Of a stretch of DNA of 49,398 nt, positions 12,449 through 26,100 are shown one piece after another. Under the pieces are notes generated by a model. It worked only from the letters and a program-made list of their open reading frames with translations, made no database searches and was not told where the DNA came from. How positions within the stretch are numbered: the stretch's first letter is position 1; each line of letters begins with the position of its first letter. The DNA is from Reclinomonas americana ATCC 50394 (taxonomy: Eukaryota), in contig PS015060.1 of NCBI GenBank assembly GCA_048213135.1, positions 57,835 to 107,232 of the forward strand. Reading direction: 5' to 3'. Both the position numbers and the translations under genes were made by a program.

Positions 12449-15400
12449 TAGGCGCACCTTGGTGAGACTTGACACGGCGTCGTCTTCGTCGGCCCGAGAT
12501 GAACCCTACGCACGCAAACACACACTTGAGAAACGGATGTGGCGTTGAACAAGACGTAGGCACGGTGCACACCTCGCCAGATCCGTCCGTCACCGCGCGA
12601 CGTGGTTTGAACGCCACCTGTGACCGCGCAGCGTGTGGAATTGCATACGCGTGTGAGAGCGGCTCCAGCTCGTTCAGTCGGCCCTGGAATTGGTTGGGCC
12701 TGCGGAGCGAACAAGTGCATGAGCATGACCGTCGACGAGAACAATGCACGCGATGCTGTGTCATGCAACGCAACTTGGACAACTCCTCGCGCATCATCTC
12801 GAGCTTGCTGCGCAGCTCGCGCTCCTCGTCAGAGTGCATCAGGCCGGCACCGCCACTGCCACCGCGGCGGCCGGACGCCGAGTATGTCATGCCCTTGGAG
12901 CTCAACAGCTTCTCCACGGCAATCATCACCTGCGAGCGGAGAGTGGGGTCAGCATCTGAATTCCTGCAAGTGGCTTGCGCTCACGCAACAGAAATCATGT
13001 GCTGCATCGATGCCATTCGTCGCCGCTTCAGTTCAGCGACACGAGCGACGGATGTGATGAGCTTGTCGCGAAGCTTCTTGATGTCGTCGCGTGATGTCTA
13101 CAGTGGCTGTTTTGAGACAACGGTGATTGTGTCGAGATGCACATTACTGCAGTGCAGACTTGCCTCCAGATCCTTGCTAAACTGCGCACGTGCTCGCTTC
13201 TGCAGTCGAAATCTCTCCAGCAGCTGCACGAATCCGTCGCACGGCAGCAGAATCAACCTGTCACACAAGAGAAAAAATAAGGTACGAGTGGGCGGAGTGA
13301 AAACACTGTGTGCGGGTGCGGGGACGTGGGATGCATCGACGCACCTCTCCGGGTCTGGGTTCTGCTCCATGGCCTGGTTCCACAGATTCTTGTCAATGTG
13401 GTTGCGCGGGTACTCACGATTGTGCAGTGACGCGCTGATGCCTCGCGGGGCAGGCTGGTACACAATGGTGCGGAACAGGTATGGTTGCCCGTCGGTGAAG
13501 ACGTGATTGGGCTCGTAGGCGGCCACCAGCTGATCAAAGTCATCCTTTAGTTGATTGGTCTCCGCTGTACGACACAAGAGGTGAGTGAGAAGAAAAGGCG
13601 CGGGAGGGAGACTGGAAGAGTGGTGAAGCGCACCCGATGTGACGACTGCGAAGAGAGTACGTGAGTTGACACATGCATGCAGAAGAAGCATCAGACTCAC
13701 AGACACTCACCAGTGTGGCCTTGATATGGCACAACTGAAGAGATGAATGGAAATCATCAGAGCAAGATGTGAGTGGAGAGACGCAAAGGCAAGCAAGCAA
13801 GATGGGACTCAACGTGCTTGCGGCTGGCCCATTCCTCGTCTGTATCACAACGTGAGCGTGGTGACAAAGGTGGCACTGAACGAACGAAACCGAGACACAC
13901 GAACCCAAAGCCCGCGCCGCCTGTTGTTCCCACACCGCGTCCAAAGCCGCCACCTGTTGCTGCACCTCGACCTGTGTACAGGCAACAAATCAGCAAAGCA
14001 AGGGAGAGGTAACACGTGCGCAACATCGATGAAAACGCACCAAACCCCTGTCCAAATCCTCCGCCACCGGCAGCGGCGCCCGTGCCGAAGCCTCGACCAA
14101 ATCCACCCGCTCCAGCTGCTTGGCCACCTGCCGCTGCTCCTTGCTGGCCACCAGCACCTGCGTGGACACGAGAAGTGGGTGAAGGGTGCGAAGGTGGGTG
14201 ACTGGAAGGGATGAGACGAACCAAAGCCACCACCTCCACCGGCGCCAAAGCCGCCGGCGCCGAAGCCTGATTGTAAGGGACAAGGAATGTTGCGAATGAC
14301 GGCGATGAGCACAGTGGAACATGAGTGGCGTGCACAGACATGTCTTCACTGCCAAGAGGAGCGACAGAGCAGAATCGAATTGCACGTCTACCAGAGCATG
14401 GGAGAGAAGGAGGAGTAGGAGGAGAAGGAGGAGGAGAAGAGAGGGAGGAGGAGGATGCGGGAGAGGAAGAAGAAGAAGAGGAGGAAGATTAGGAGGAAGA
14501 AGAAGAGGAGGAGGAGGAGGAGGAGGAGGAGGAGGAAGGAGGAATGAGCAAGAAGAAGAAGAGAAGGAGGAAGAGAAGGAGGAAGGAGGAATGAGCAGGA
14601 AGAAGGAGGAACGAGGAGGAAGAAGAGGAACGAGGAGGAACGAGGAGGAACGAGGAGGAACGAGGAGGAACGAGGAGGAAGGAGAAGGAGAACAAGAAGA
14701 AAAGACGATGAGAAAAATGGGCAAGAGGCAGGTGATGACGGAGAATAACAACAAGAACAAGAACAAGGAGGAAGAGAAGTTGGAGGAGAATGCAGTGGAG
14801 GAGGAGGAGGAGGACGAGGAGGAGAATGTGGTGGAAAAGGGGAAGGGAAAAGGGAAAGGGAGCGGGAGCAAGAAGGACAAGTAGAACAAGAAGAACAAGA
14901 AGGAGCAGACGGAGGAAGAAGGAGGAGGAGACGAAGAAGGAGAAGAATGACAAGCAAGGGCGAGAGTTCGGTGTGAGAAAGAGGTGAACGAGATTGAGAA
15001 CAGCGTGCCTCTCGCACCCTTTTCTCCCCCTATCTGCGTCCCGTCTCTTCCCCTTTCCTCTCATCCTTACCTCGTCCAGCGCCAAATCCACCAGTCGCAC
15101 CACCCGCACCCGCACCAAACCCTCTCCCCGTCGCCCCAAACCCTCCACCAGCACCAGCTGCACCTGCACCAAACCCTCGCCCAGCACCAAATCCACCAGT
15201 CGCGCCGCCAGCGCCCTGCTGAGTCCCAAAGCCTGGAAAAGAGAGAGTGAGGGAAAGAGAGAGAGGAGGGGAGAGAGAGAGAGAGAGGCAGAGAGAGGAG
15301 GGAAGAAAAGGGAAGGGGGAGGGAGAGAGAGAGAGGCAAAGAGAGAGGAGGGTAGAGACAAGGAGAGTGAGTGGCAATACACACCTCGACCAAAGCCTCC

Positions 15401-15840
15401 AGCAGCACCTTGCTGGCCTTGCTGACCAAATCCTGATCAAACGACATGCAAATGAGATACTGCACGCACTCTCACACTCTGTGCCCTCTCTCTCTCTCTC
15501 TCTCTCACACACACAGAGTCTTGCAAGTTGCATTGTTTGTGAGTCCCCTTCTCTCTCTTGTCTTCTCTCACCTCGACCAAATCCGCCTTGTGCACCTGCA
15601 CCAGTCTGACCAAAGCCTCGACCAAAGCCTGAGAGAGAGAGAGAGAGCGAGAGAGAGAGAGAGAGAGTGTGACAAGAGAGAGTGAGAGAGAATGATTGTG
15701 GGAGAGAGAGAGCAATTGTGTGTAGTGAGTGAGCAATTGTGGGGGAGAGAGAGAGAGAAAGAGAGCAATTGTGAGTGAGTGAGTGCGTGAGTGCGTGAGT
15801 GAGAGGGAGTGAGACAAGACAGAGAGAAAGACATGGCCAT
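12268..15840 (-). CDS. NUP54: Nucleoporin Nup54/Nup57 with GFG/GFGRG-repeat N-terminus; first-exon boundary uncertain
   Basis: FG-repeat mini-exons, then LWNQAMEQNPDPERLILLPCDGFVQLLERF, coiled coil, PNQFQGRLNEL and C-terminal YLDDEHEGLRVMVELLRDDL, matching the Nup54 pattern; TAA at 12270-12268. Confidence 0.85.
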
Positions 15841-16286
15841 GTTTGACAAGTGCGCGCGCGTCTGTGAGTGCAATTTTCGTGCGCGTTTGTGCGTGGAGAG
15901 TGTGCTGTGCAGTGTTAATGTGCGTGGGTGAGTGCGTGCGCGCGAAACTCGTCATGGATTGTTGTGAGGCACAAACGAATGCGCAGGACAGGCGACGTTA
16001 GTTGTTCTCTGCCTCTCCTGGATGCCGCTGTTCGCAGTAACGTGACTACCAGCTGCATGATACTCGCATACAGCAGAAGCAAGGCTCGAAGCAGCGAGAG
16101 AGCGCGCGAAAATGCGAAATGCATTGACTTGCGAAGTTCAACGCGCTTTGCCTCACAAGAGAGCAACGCCACCTGTGAATCCAGCACTACCCCTCTTGCG
16201 CCATACAGCACTGCCACGCCCAACATCACCTGCAAAAAGCGAGTTGTCCTGCGCGATTATTTTCCTCACTCACTCACAAAGCAAGA

Positions 16287-17261
16287 ATGCAACGTCTGCG
16301 CGAACTGGAGCACCGTCGCCGCGACATTGAAGCCGAAGTCGAGGCACTGACCAACACACTGACAGCAGGCAAGCCAAAAACAAACAAACCAAAATGAAAA
16401 GCGCATCTGATCATTGCGACTCACTTTTTCCTGTGTCACACAACAGGCGAGAATCCTCCGGGTCTCACTGGCAGTCTGGTCGATCGGCAAGGCTTCCCGC
16501 GCGCGGACGTGGACATTATGGCGGTGCGAGCGCAACGGAAGCGCTTGAATGGTCTCTTTACATGTGCGATCATTCCTCACGCGCATCCAGCTGCTGACTT
16601 TCTGCGTTTTCTCTTCTGTGACAGAGCTGCGCACGGATTATGCACTGCTGGTCGCGCAATTGGAGGAGGCCATGTTGGCGGCACATGCTGAGGCGCGCGA
16701 GGTCGGCGAGGTGCCCAGTGATGGTATGCAACTACAGAGGGCGAGTTGTCACGGGCACTGAACTGACTGTGCGTCGCAGAGTTGCAAGTGATTGAGACGC
16801 CGAAAGTCGACTGGGAGGCACTGGTGTTTGAGGATGCCAGGCGACAGCACCAGGCGCAGGTTGCTGCTCCAGTGCAAGCTCCGGCTCCTGTAGCTGCAGC
16901 TCCAGCTGCTGTTCCTGCTGCTCCGGCTCCTGCGCATGACATTGACTTGGATCTCAGCCAGCTGCGCATCTTGGCGTTGGTGCGCACGGTGGCGGAGGAG
17001 TCGCCGGCGGAGAGCGCCGGCTTGCACGTGGGCGATGCGATTCTGCGGTATGGTGGCGTCGATCACGGCCACCAGAATCCGTACTTGTCGAGTGGCGCGA
17101 CGGCGCTGGCGGCGATTGGCGAGTGGACGCGGCAGCATGAGAATGCCGAGTTTCCGGTGCTGGTCAAGCGCGATCACGGGCACTTCTTGACGGTGCACTT
17201 GCGACCGCGTCGGTGGGCCGGGCGTGGGTTGTTGGGATGTGAAATCGTGCCACCGCAGTGA
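16287..17261 (+). CDS. PSMD9: 26S proteasome assembly chaperone PSMD9/Nas2/p27, 4 exons
   Basis: MQRLRELEHRRRDIEAEV...LVDRQGFPRADVDIMAVRAQR (Nas2 N domain), PDZ VAEESPAESAGLHVGDAILRYG, C-terminal PRRWAGRGLLGCEI. Intron 1 (16369-16446) is GC-AG. Confidence 0.9.
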
Positions 17262-17852
17262 ATAGCGTACGGGATGGAGAGGGGAAAGAGAGGGAGGGAG
17301 ATCGCGATCAAAGTGCACGCCAGCGCAGAGAAGCTGAGTGGAGGTCGTCAAGGCCAGGGTAATTGCTCCAGCTAGCGTCACTGACACTGTAGTCACCTCG
17401 ATCAAGGTGCACGCCAGAGCGAGAGACGAGTGAGTGACGCTGTAGGAAAGGCGCAGGGAAGCCGAAAGGAAGCCGTCATGAAATCGCTCCATCTCTATCA
17501 AAGTGCAAGGCCACGGAGAAGGAAACGAAAGCTGTGAGAGCGACCAAAGTACAAGCGTCGGACGCCGACGGCAAACGAAGGCAAAGGAGACCATTGAAGT
17601 CAGAAAACCAGCTGCAAAAGAGTGGAGAAAGCAAGTAGGCAAGAAGAGATCATTGAAGTCAGAAAACGGCTGCAAATAGTGTGGAGAAAGCAAGCACACC
17701 AAGAGCTGCAAAAAAGTGGAGAAAGCAAGCAAGCTAACACCATCGACGTCACAAAACCAGCTGCAGACAGCGGCAAAGAAGACCTGTCCCCATCTCCCTT
17801 GGCCCTCCACAGTTGTCCCTTCCCCTCTTCCTTCACATCTTTCTTTCGATCT

Positions 17853-18401
17853 TTACAAAGCACACCAGTACACATGCACGACACAGTAGAGCAGCTTGGT
17901 GTCGAACTCGACGGGCACACAATCATCGGTCGCCGCATCCCAGTAACACGAGCTGGCCGTGTGCACGCCGGCGCCGACCTTTTGCACGAGACTGCAATTG
18001 AGAATGTACTTGAATGGGCGTCCCTTGGCAATCAGCAACTGCAACGCCTCCTCCATAATGTCGTTCATGAGCTGCGGCACCTTGTTGTGCTGGTACGTTT
18101 GCATCTCTTTGAGGTACTTTTCTTGTACCTGATTGAGAGACATGATGATGAGGCAGCACGCAAAAAAAGAGAGAGACACGAGGTTAGAAAACGCACCTCA
18201 AAGACGATGGCGCGCACCTCCTCAGGATCAATGGTCACCTGCGGCAACGAGAGTGTGTGAGTCTAAACTGCGCGCCATTTTCACACGCACACACACAACG
18301 CCCACTCCCCGCCCTCTCTCTTGCTCACTGGCGCACAGACACACACAGAGAGCGAGACACAGACACAACAGCCGCACCTCCTCAACCTCCTCTTCTGCCA
18401 T
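17853..18401 (-). CDS. DYNLT1: Dynein light chain, Tctex-type (DYNLT1/3-like), 3 exons
   Basis: YQHNKVPQLMNDIMEEALQLL...RPFKYILNCSLVQKVGAGVHTASSCYWDAATD is the Tctex-1 signature; ATG 18401, TAA 17855-17853. Confidence 0.92.
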
Positions 18402-18660
18402 TGTGTCGGTTGTGTTTTTTGGCGCCAACGCCTGGTGGACAGAGCTCGCGCGCAGTGATTGTACCTGCATTGCAATGTTTGAGGGCGTTCAACATGCGGG
18501 TTTAATCACGTTTCTCGTGGTTGCACACTTGATTATTCTTGTTGCGTGTGTGTGTGTGAGCGAGAGAGAGAGAGATGGGCGGAAAAAAGTTGTCTTGACT
18601 GATGCAGTGGGTCGAAGATGAGAGGGAAGAGAGAGAGAGAGAGAGAGAGCAGAGAAGCTG

Positions 18661-19960
<1,300 letters not shown>

Positions 19961-20142
19961 CTTTGGTCACCTTCCTCTTCTTCCCTCACCCTCCTCCTCT
20001 TCCGCAGCTCATCATTGTGATTCGCGCAATCTGGTTCCCCACGACTGCGGCCACTGTCGACGTGCGACAAGTGATGAAGGGCGAGAAGCCAGTGATGGAG
20101 AAACTCGAGTGAAATAGTTGTGTGTTCTTCTTCGTCTCTTTA

Positions 20143-23100
20143 TCACGCAGGCGGCCACAGCTTGGTGAGTGCTCTCCGAGAGGTTTTCTCGGGCATCAGC
20201 TCGGCCAGCTCCTTGAAGAGGAACATGTTCTCGTCGGTGGTGCTCCATACGGTCTCGAGTGCGCGGCGGCTGTCAATGTGGCGCTCGAGCAGGCTGCGTA
20301 CGAGCGAGCATCGTGGTGTGAAGCGAAACAGTGGCTGTGGAACGGTAAGGTGAGTGAGAGGGCGTGGGGGAGGAGCGAGTGAGGCAGGCGCGCAACTGCG
20401 AGTGGTGCGAGGTTGGCAAACACGCGGCCTTCGACAATGGCGCGGGCAAACTCGCGACAGCGTACGGTTTCGTCGGGGCACGGCACGGGAACGGCAGGGA
20501 GCTCCCATTTGTCGACACCAAAGTAGGGTTGGGCGATTGACACCACCTCGTCGCGCTCCGTGTCGTATCTGCAATTGGTGCGGGCGAGTGAGGCGCAAGG
20601 GAACGACAACGCTCACTCGACGATGCACTCTCTCTAGATATTCTCTTCTGACCCTCTCGCCATCGCCCTTTGCCCCTCCTCTCGTCCCTTGACATTTTCG
20701 CTTCACCTCCTCCTCTCCTCTCCTCTCCTCTCCTCTCCTCTCCTCTCCTCTCCTCTCCTCTCCTCTCCTCTCCTCTCCTCTCCTCTCCTCTCCTTCCCCT
20801 CTCTGTTCTCCTTATCCTCCTTCTCTTCATCTCTAACCTCACCTCTCCTCTCCTCTCCCCTCCTCTCCTCTCCTCTCCTCTCCTCTCCTCTCCTCTCCTC
20901 TCCTCTCCTCTCCTCTCCTCTCCTCTCCTCTCCTCTCCTCCCTCTCCCTCCCTCCCTCCCTCCCTCCCTCCCTCCTCTCNNNNNNNNNNNNNNNNNNNNN
21001 NNNNNNNNNNNNNNNNNNNNNNNNNNNNNNNNNNNNNNNNNNNNNNNNNNNNNNNNNNNNNNNNNNNNNNNNNNNNNNNNNNNNNNNNNNNNNNNNNNNN
21101 NNNNNNNNNNNNNNNNNNNNNNNNNNNNNNNNNNNNNNNNNNNNNNNNNNNNNNNNNNNNNNNNNNNNNNNNNNNNNNNNNNNNNNNNNNNNNNNNNNNN
21201 NNNNNNNNNNNNNNNNNNNNNNNNNNNNNNNNNNNNNNNNNNNNNNNNNNNNNNNNNNNNNNNNNNNNNNNNNNNNNNNNNNNNNNNNNNNNNNNNNNNN
21301 NNNNNNNNNNNNNNNNNNNNNNNNNNNNNNNNNNNNNNNNNNNNNNNNNNNNNNNNNNNNNNNNNNNNNNNNNNNNNNNNNNNNNNNNNNNNNNNNNNNT
21401 TTCCCCTTTCCCCTTTCCCCTTTCCCCTTTCCCCTTCCCCCTTTCCCCTTTCCCCTTCCCCTTCCCTCCCTTCCTCTCCCTCCCCCTTTCCCCCACTCCC
21501 CCTCTTCGCACGCAACGACGGCGGAACATCCTCCGACCCCTTCATGCGCGAACACATGGCTTCGCCGAGCTCCACCAGCCACGCAGGCTTGATCTCCGTC
21601 ACCCCTCGCATGGTGGTCGTGCGCTGTCCACGCACCAGCTGCTGGAAGCACACGAAGTCGGGTCGCTGGGCGCCCACGAAACTCTCCGGGTGAACGTACA
21701 CGGGTCCCTTGTGGCCGAGCGCAAAGTACGGCATCCGAACCAACCTGAATGCTGCTCCCAGCCAAACACACAGAGGTGAGGAATGTCTGCCGTGACAACA
21801 AGACGGGGGATTGGCGACGCACTTGAGTTGGCGGCCTTCATCGCCGCGATTTCATCGGCAGTCGCTCGCCGCGCCACTTGATCAACAAAGCCAGCACACA
21901 AAACCTACGAGTGAAGACCATAAGTCTCGTGCAGCCGTGTCAACACACTTCCGCATGACTCCTCACCTGCCGCAAGAACAACTCATCGAACGCCGAGGGG
22001 GGCTTCATGGCCTCGCCGATAATGCCCACCGACGCCTCTACCGACTCCTCCTTCAGCGAACTGGCCAGCTGCTCTCGCAGGCGTCGGATTTCGCGCATCG
22101 ACTACACCATGCCGAACTCAGTGCCGATGCGCAATAAACAACGCACATGCGCACACGCAAACCTTCTCAATGAGTCCGTGCTCCTCGCAAAACTGACTCC
22201 GCTGGTGCTCTGGTGTGTGATCGTAGGCCCCTACGGCACGCAGCGCAGCAAGCAAGTCCGATCGCGGGTGCGCCCACATCTGTGATTCACACGAGTCGAT
22301 TAGTACCAGTTTCTATCCATCTACCACAATTCCTGATTGTTAGCGCATGCTTCTCACTGAGACTGCTCACAGAAAAACAAGGTTCCGCCGCACAACGAAG
22401 AGACTACTCATTGAAAAGAAGAGGCTCCACACTGAGAACGAATTGGCGTCTCACTATTTCAGAAGAAGCACGTCACTGAATGCAATGCAGCTTCTCACAC
22501 AGAATGGAGCTCGTGTTGAGAAACGCGTCTCGTACAGTGAAACGTGTCACGCAGAATAAACAGGCTTCTCACAGACTCAGAAACTGCTTGGCAAAAGTTC
22601 TCACTAATGGAGACGAGGCTGACTTCAGAGAACGACAACGCTGCGAGGTATGCGTATGCGACTGACGAGGTTCCTCAGCGAGAGCGCGGAAAACAAGGCG
22701 CGCGCATGCCCATCACCACCGCTGCACTAATGATGTGTTTCTTCCACTTTCTCTCGTCGCTCTTCCACCTCGTCCCTCTAGTCACCTCGCCCTATCTCAC
22801 TTTCCCCTTTCCCCCTTTCCCCCTTTCCCCTCTTCTCCCTTCCCCCTTCTCCCTTCCCCTTCCCCTTCTCCCTCCCCCTTCCCCTTCCCCTTCCCCTTTA
22901 CCCTTCCCCCTTCCCCCTTCCCCCTTCCCCCTTCCCCCCTTCCCCCCTTCGCACCACCCGCATCGCCTGCAGCTCCTTGGCCCGCTTGCCCAGCTTGCTG
23001 ACTGGCTTCTTGACAAACGCGGAGCCCGACGACGACGCCAGCGCCACCTCCTCCGCCGTGCCTTCTTCGTCCGCGCCATCTTCTTCGTCCTCGCCCTCCA

Positions 23101-26100
23101 GACTGGCCTTGACAAACACTTGCTCGACAGTGAGAATGGCCACCAGCGCAATCACGTAGGGGAGGCACGAGTGCTGACTGCCGAGCACCAGCATGCGTGC
23201 GAAGCGCGGTGCCACCGGATACTGCGACATGAGGCGGCCGAGATTGGTGATGTTTTCCCTGTGGCGCGCGAGAGGATGAGGCGGGGGGAAGAGAGTGGAT
23301 CAACCATCAATGCGGGGCGCACCTCTTGTCGAGAGCAGAGAGATTCTTCAGCACGTCAATGGCGACACGCAGTGACTGCCTTTCGGGTGGAGTGGGGAAG
23401 GGGAACTTGGACACGTGCTCAATGTTCATGGTCTGCGCACCCGTGGCCATGAGACAAGCGAGCAAATAAATGAAAAAAGTAAGGAACACGACTGACCTTC
23501 ATCTGCAGCACCACATGATCGATTGGCGTGCGCAGAATCTCGGGGGTGGAGAACTGCGGGAAGAGCGAGTCGAACACGGTGCCACTGAACAGACGGTAGC
23601 AGTGCCCGGGTCCCACACGACCGGCACGACCGGCACGCTGATCCGCACTTGCCTATCATAAGCAGGATGGTGAGCAACAGAATCGAGAGGGGCTCATTTG
23701 TGGAAGGCACCTTGGAGGTCCACTGCACGACGTACGAGGAGACGCCGGCAGCGCCCTCGTAGATCCGCTCCTTGACTCGCCCACTGTCGAGCACGTAGCG
23801 GATGCCGGGGATGGTGATGGAGGTCTCGGCAACATTGGTGGCCACGATACACAGTCGGTGATTCTGTGAGGGCGTGTGAACGAGTCAGCAAAGACAATGA
23901 TTTACAGCTGGCAGTCCAAGTATTATTTGCACCTGCGGTGGGGTGGCGAAGACACGCTGCTGCATCTCTTGCGACAGCATAGAGTAGAGCGGCAGCACAT
24001 GCATCGGTTGCAGAGGGAATTTCTTGCCACCGCCATCCACATCCATGTCTGCGGCCTCCGAGAACTGCGGGACATCAAACAGTGGCTTGGTCGAAGAACC
24101 CTTTCGATTGCTGCTGCCCGCGGCAGCGGATTTCGGAGTCGCAGTTTTGGACGACGAAGCTGTGTGTCGATTGTGAGTCCCGCGCATCAAACAAGGAAGA
24201 CGCCAGCGCACACAAAAAAACAAACCTGCACCAGACTCCTGGTCTGCATTCAGCGTGTATCCAATCTCGTCATCGTCGTCGTCGTCATCATCACTGTCCG
24301 TACCGGAGCTGGCAGCATCGCCGTCACTCTTCATCGAGTCGTCATCGTCGTCATCATCATCGCTGTCTCCATCGCGTTCTGCATGCATCACCATGTTGAG
24401 CGCGTGTCGGCAAGGCGTGGCAGTCAAATGCCTCTACAAACTTCGATGAGATGTCGGCCTCTGCAGCTCTCGCTTGACGGCCTCGGGCGAGAATTGCTGC
24501 CGAAGCTGTGCGCACAGCTGATCGACTTCAAACTGGCCGGTGAGGAACACCAAAATCCCACCCTGCACGCAGACGGGCAACGTGAGACAGAGGGAGAGAA
24601 CAGAAAGTAAAGCAGAAGAAGAACAACTCAACTGGTGGCAGCTGCCGGTGCATGCGACACAGCTTTTTGAAGGCTGCACCAACATAGTCCACCATTTCCG
24701 TTCTCCGACTGCATCGACCTCAATTAGTATCAACTCTCTGCGTGGTAAACAATCGGAAGGCGCAATCCCAAACCTAAAGTGCACGGTCACTGGATGCTGG
24801 CGCGCATCCACATTGACCACTGGCGGTGGCGTTGGGAAGAGGGTCTTGTTCTCCGTAAAGTCGCTCACACGCAGCGTGGCAGACATGATGACCAGCTTCA
24901 GCGGCGTGAGGCCCTCTGTGTGCATCGCTTTCAGCAACCACGCGAGCAGCTATCTCTCTCTCCCACACACAAACAAACAAACGACCAACCTTTACCCTCG
25001 CGAGCCAGTCGATTGCGCAACGGAATGGCACGTGAGAGCATGCCGATGAGAATGTCCGTGTTGATGTTGCGCTCGTGCGCCTCATCGAGCACCACCACCG
25101 AGTACTTGCGGAGGAGGAAATCAAGCTGCAGCTCGCGCAAAAGGATACCATCGGTCATGAACCGAATGACGGTGTTGGTGGCCAGGTTGCGGTCGTAGCG
25201 GACGTGGTAGCCGACCTTTGTCACCATGTTAGACAGCAAGGCAATCACAGACACTCTCACAAGAATACACGCACATCGTGGCCGAGTGGTGTGTTCAGTT
25301 CAAAGGCGACACGACGCGCCATGCTGTGAGCGGAACAACATGAGTGAGTGCGGCAATCTCATTGAAGAATCCATGTCTCCCACAAACCTGACGGCGGCAA
25401 CTCGGCGCGGCTGCGTGACAGCAATGGCTCCAGGTTTGCCAGCTTCTGGCCGACCATATCCGGCCTCATACAGGAACTGAGGGACTTGGGTGGTTTTTCC
25501 CGATCCCGTCTCACCGCACACAATGCACACATCGTTCTCCTGCACACATACATGACAATCGTTGAGGATGAGCAAAAGGGAGGAGTCATCGATGAGGTTG
25601 TTGAGGCAGCTCACATTCACAGCCTCCATGATGCTGGCCTCCTCCATCACCACTGGCAACTCGCTACGCTGACTTTCGACCTCCGGCAGCCGGGTCACGG
25701 GAACGAAGAACGCCCCACCCTCACGCTCTGCAGCGCACACGGAGAATGTGTGAGACATACTCTCTCCATACACGCAATTGAGTGAATCAAAAGTGGCGCA
25801 CGAATAACAGGGCGAAGCTTGGCCGGATCCGTACCCATGCCGACCACCGGCTCCTCGTCTTGCTCAATAAACAAACCGCGGCTATTCTCCTCGCCGTCGT
25901 CGGCGCCACCACTGTCACCAACATGGTCACCCTCCACTGGCGCATCGACGCCCATCGATTCGTCCGCCGCAGCTCCATCACCGTCCTTCTCTCCAACCTC
26001 CTCCTCCTTCGCCGCGTCCTCCTCATCGTCGGAGCTCTCCTCCATCTGCTTCCGCAGATTCTCAAATCGCTCCTTCACTCGATCCAGCGAGCCAGCAGGC

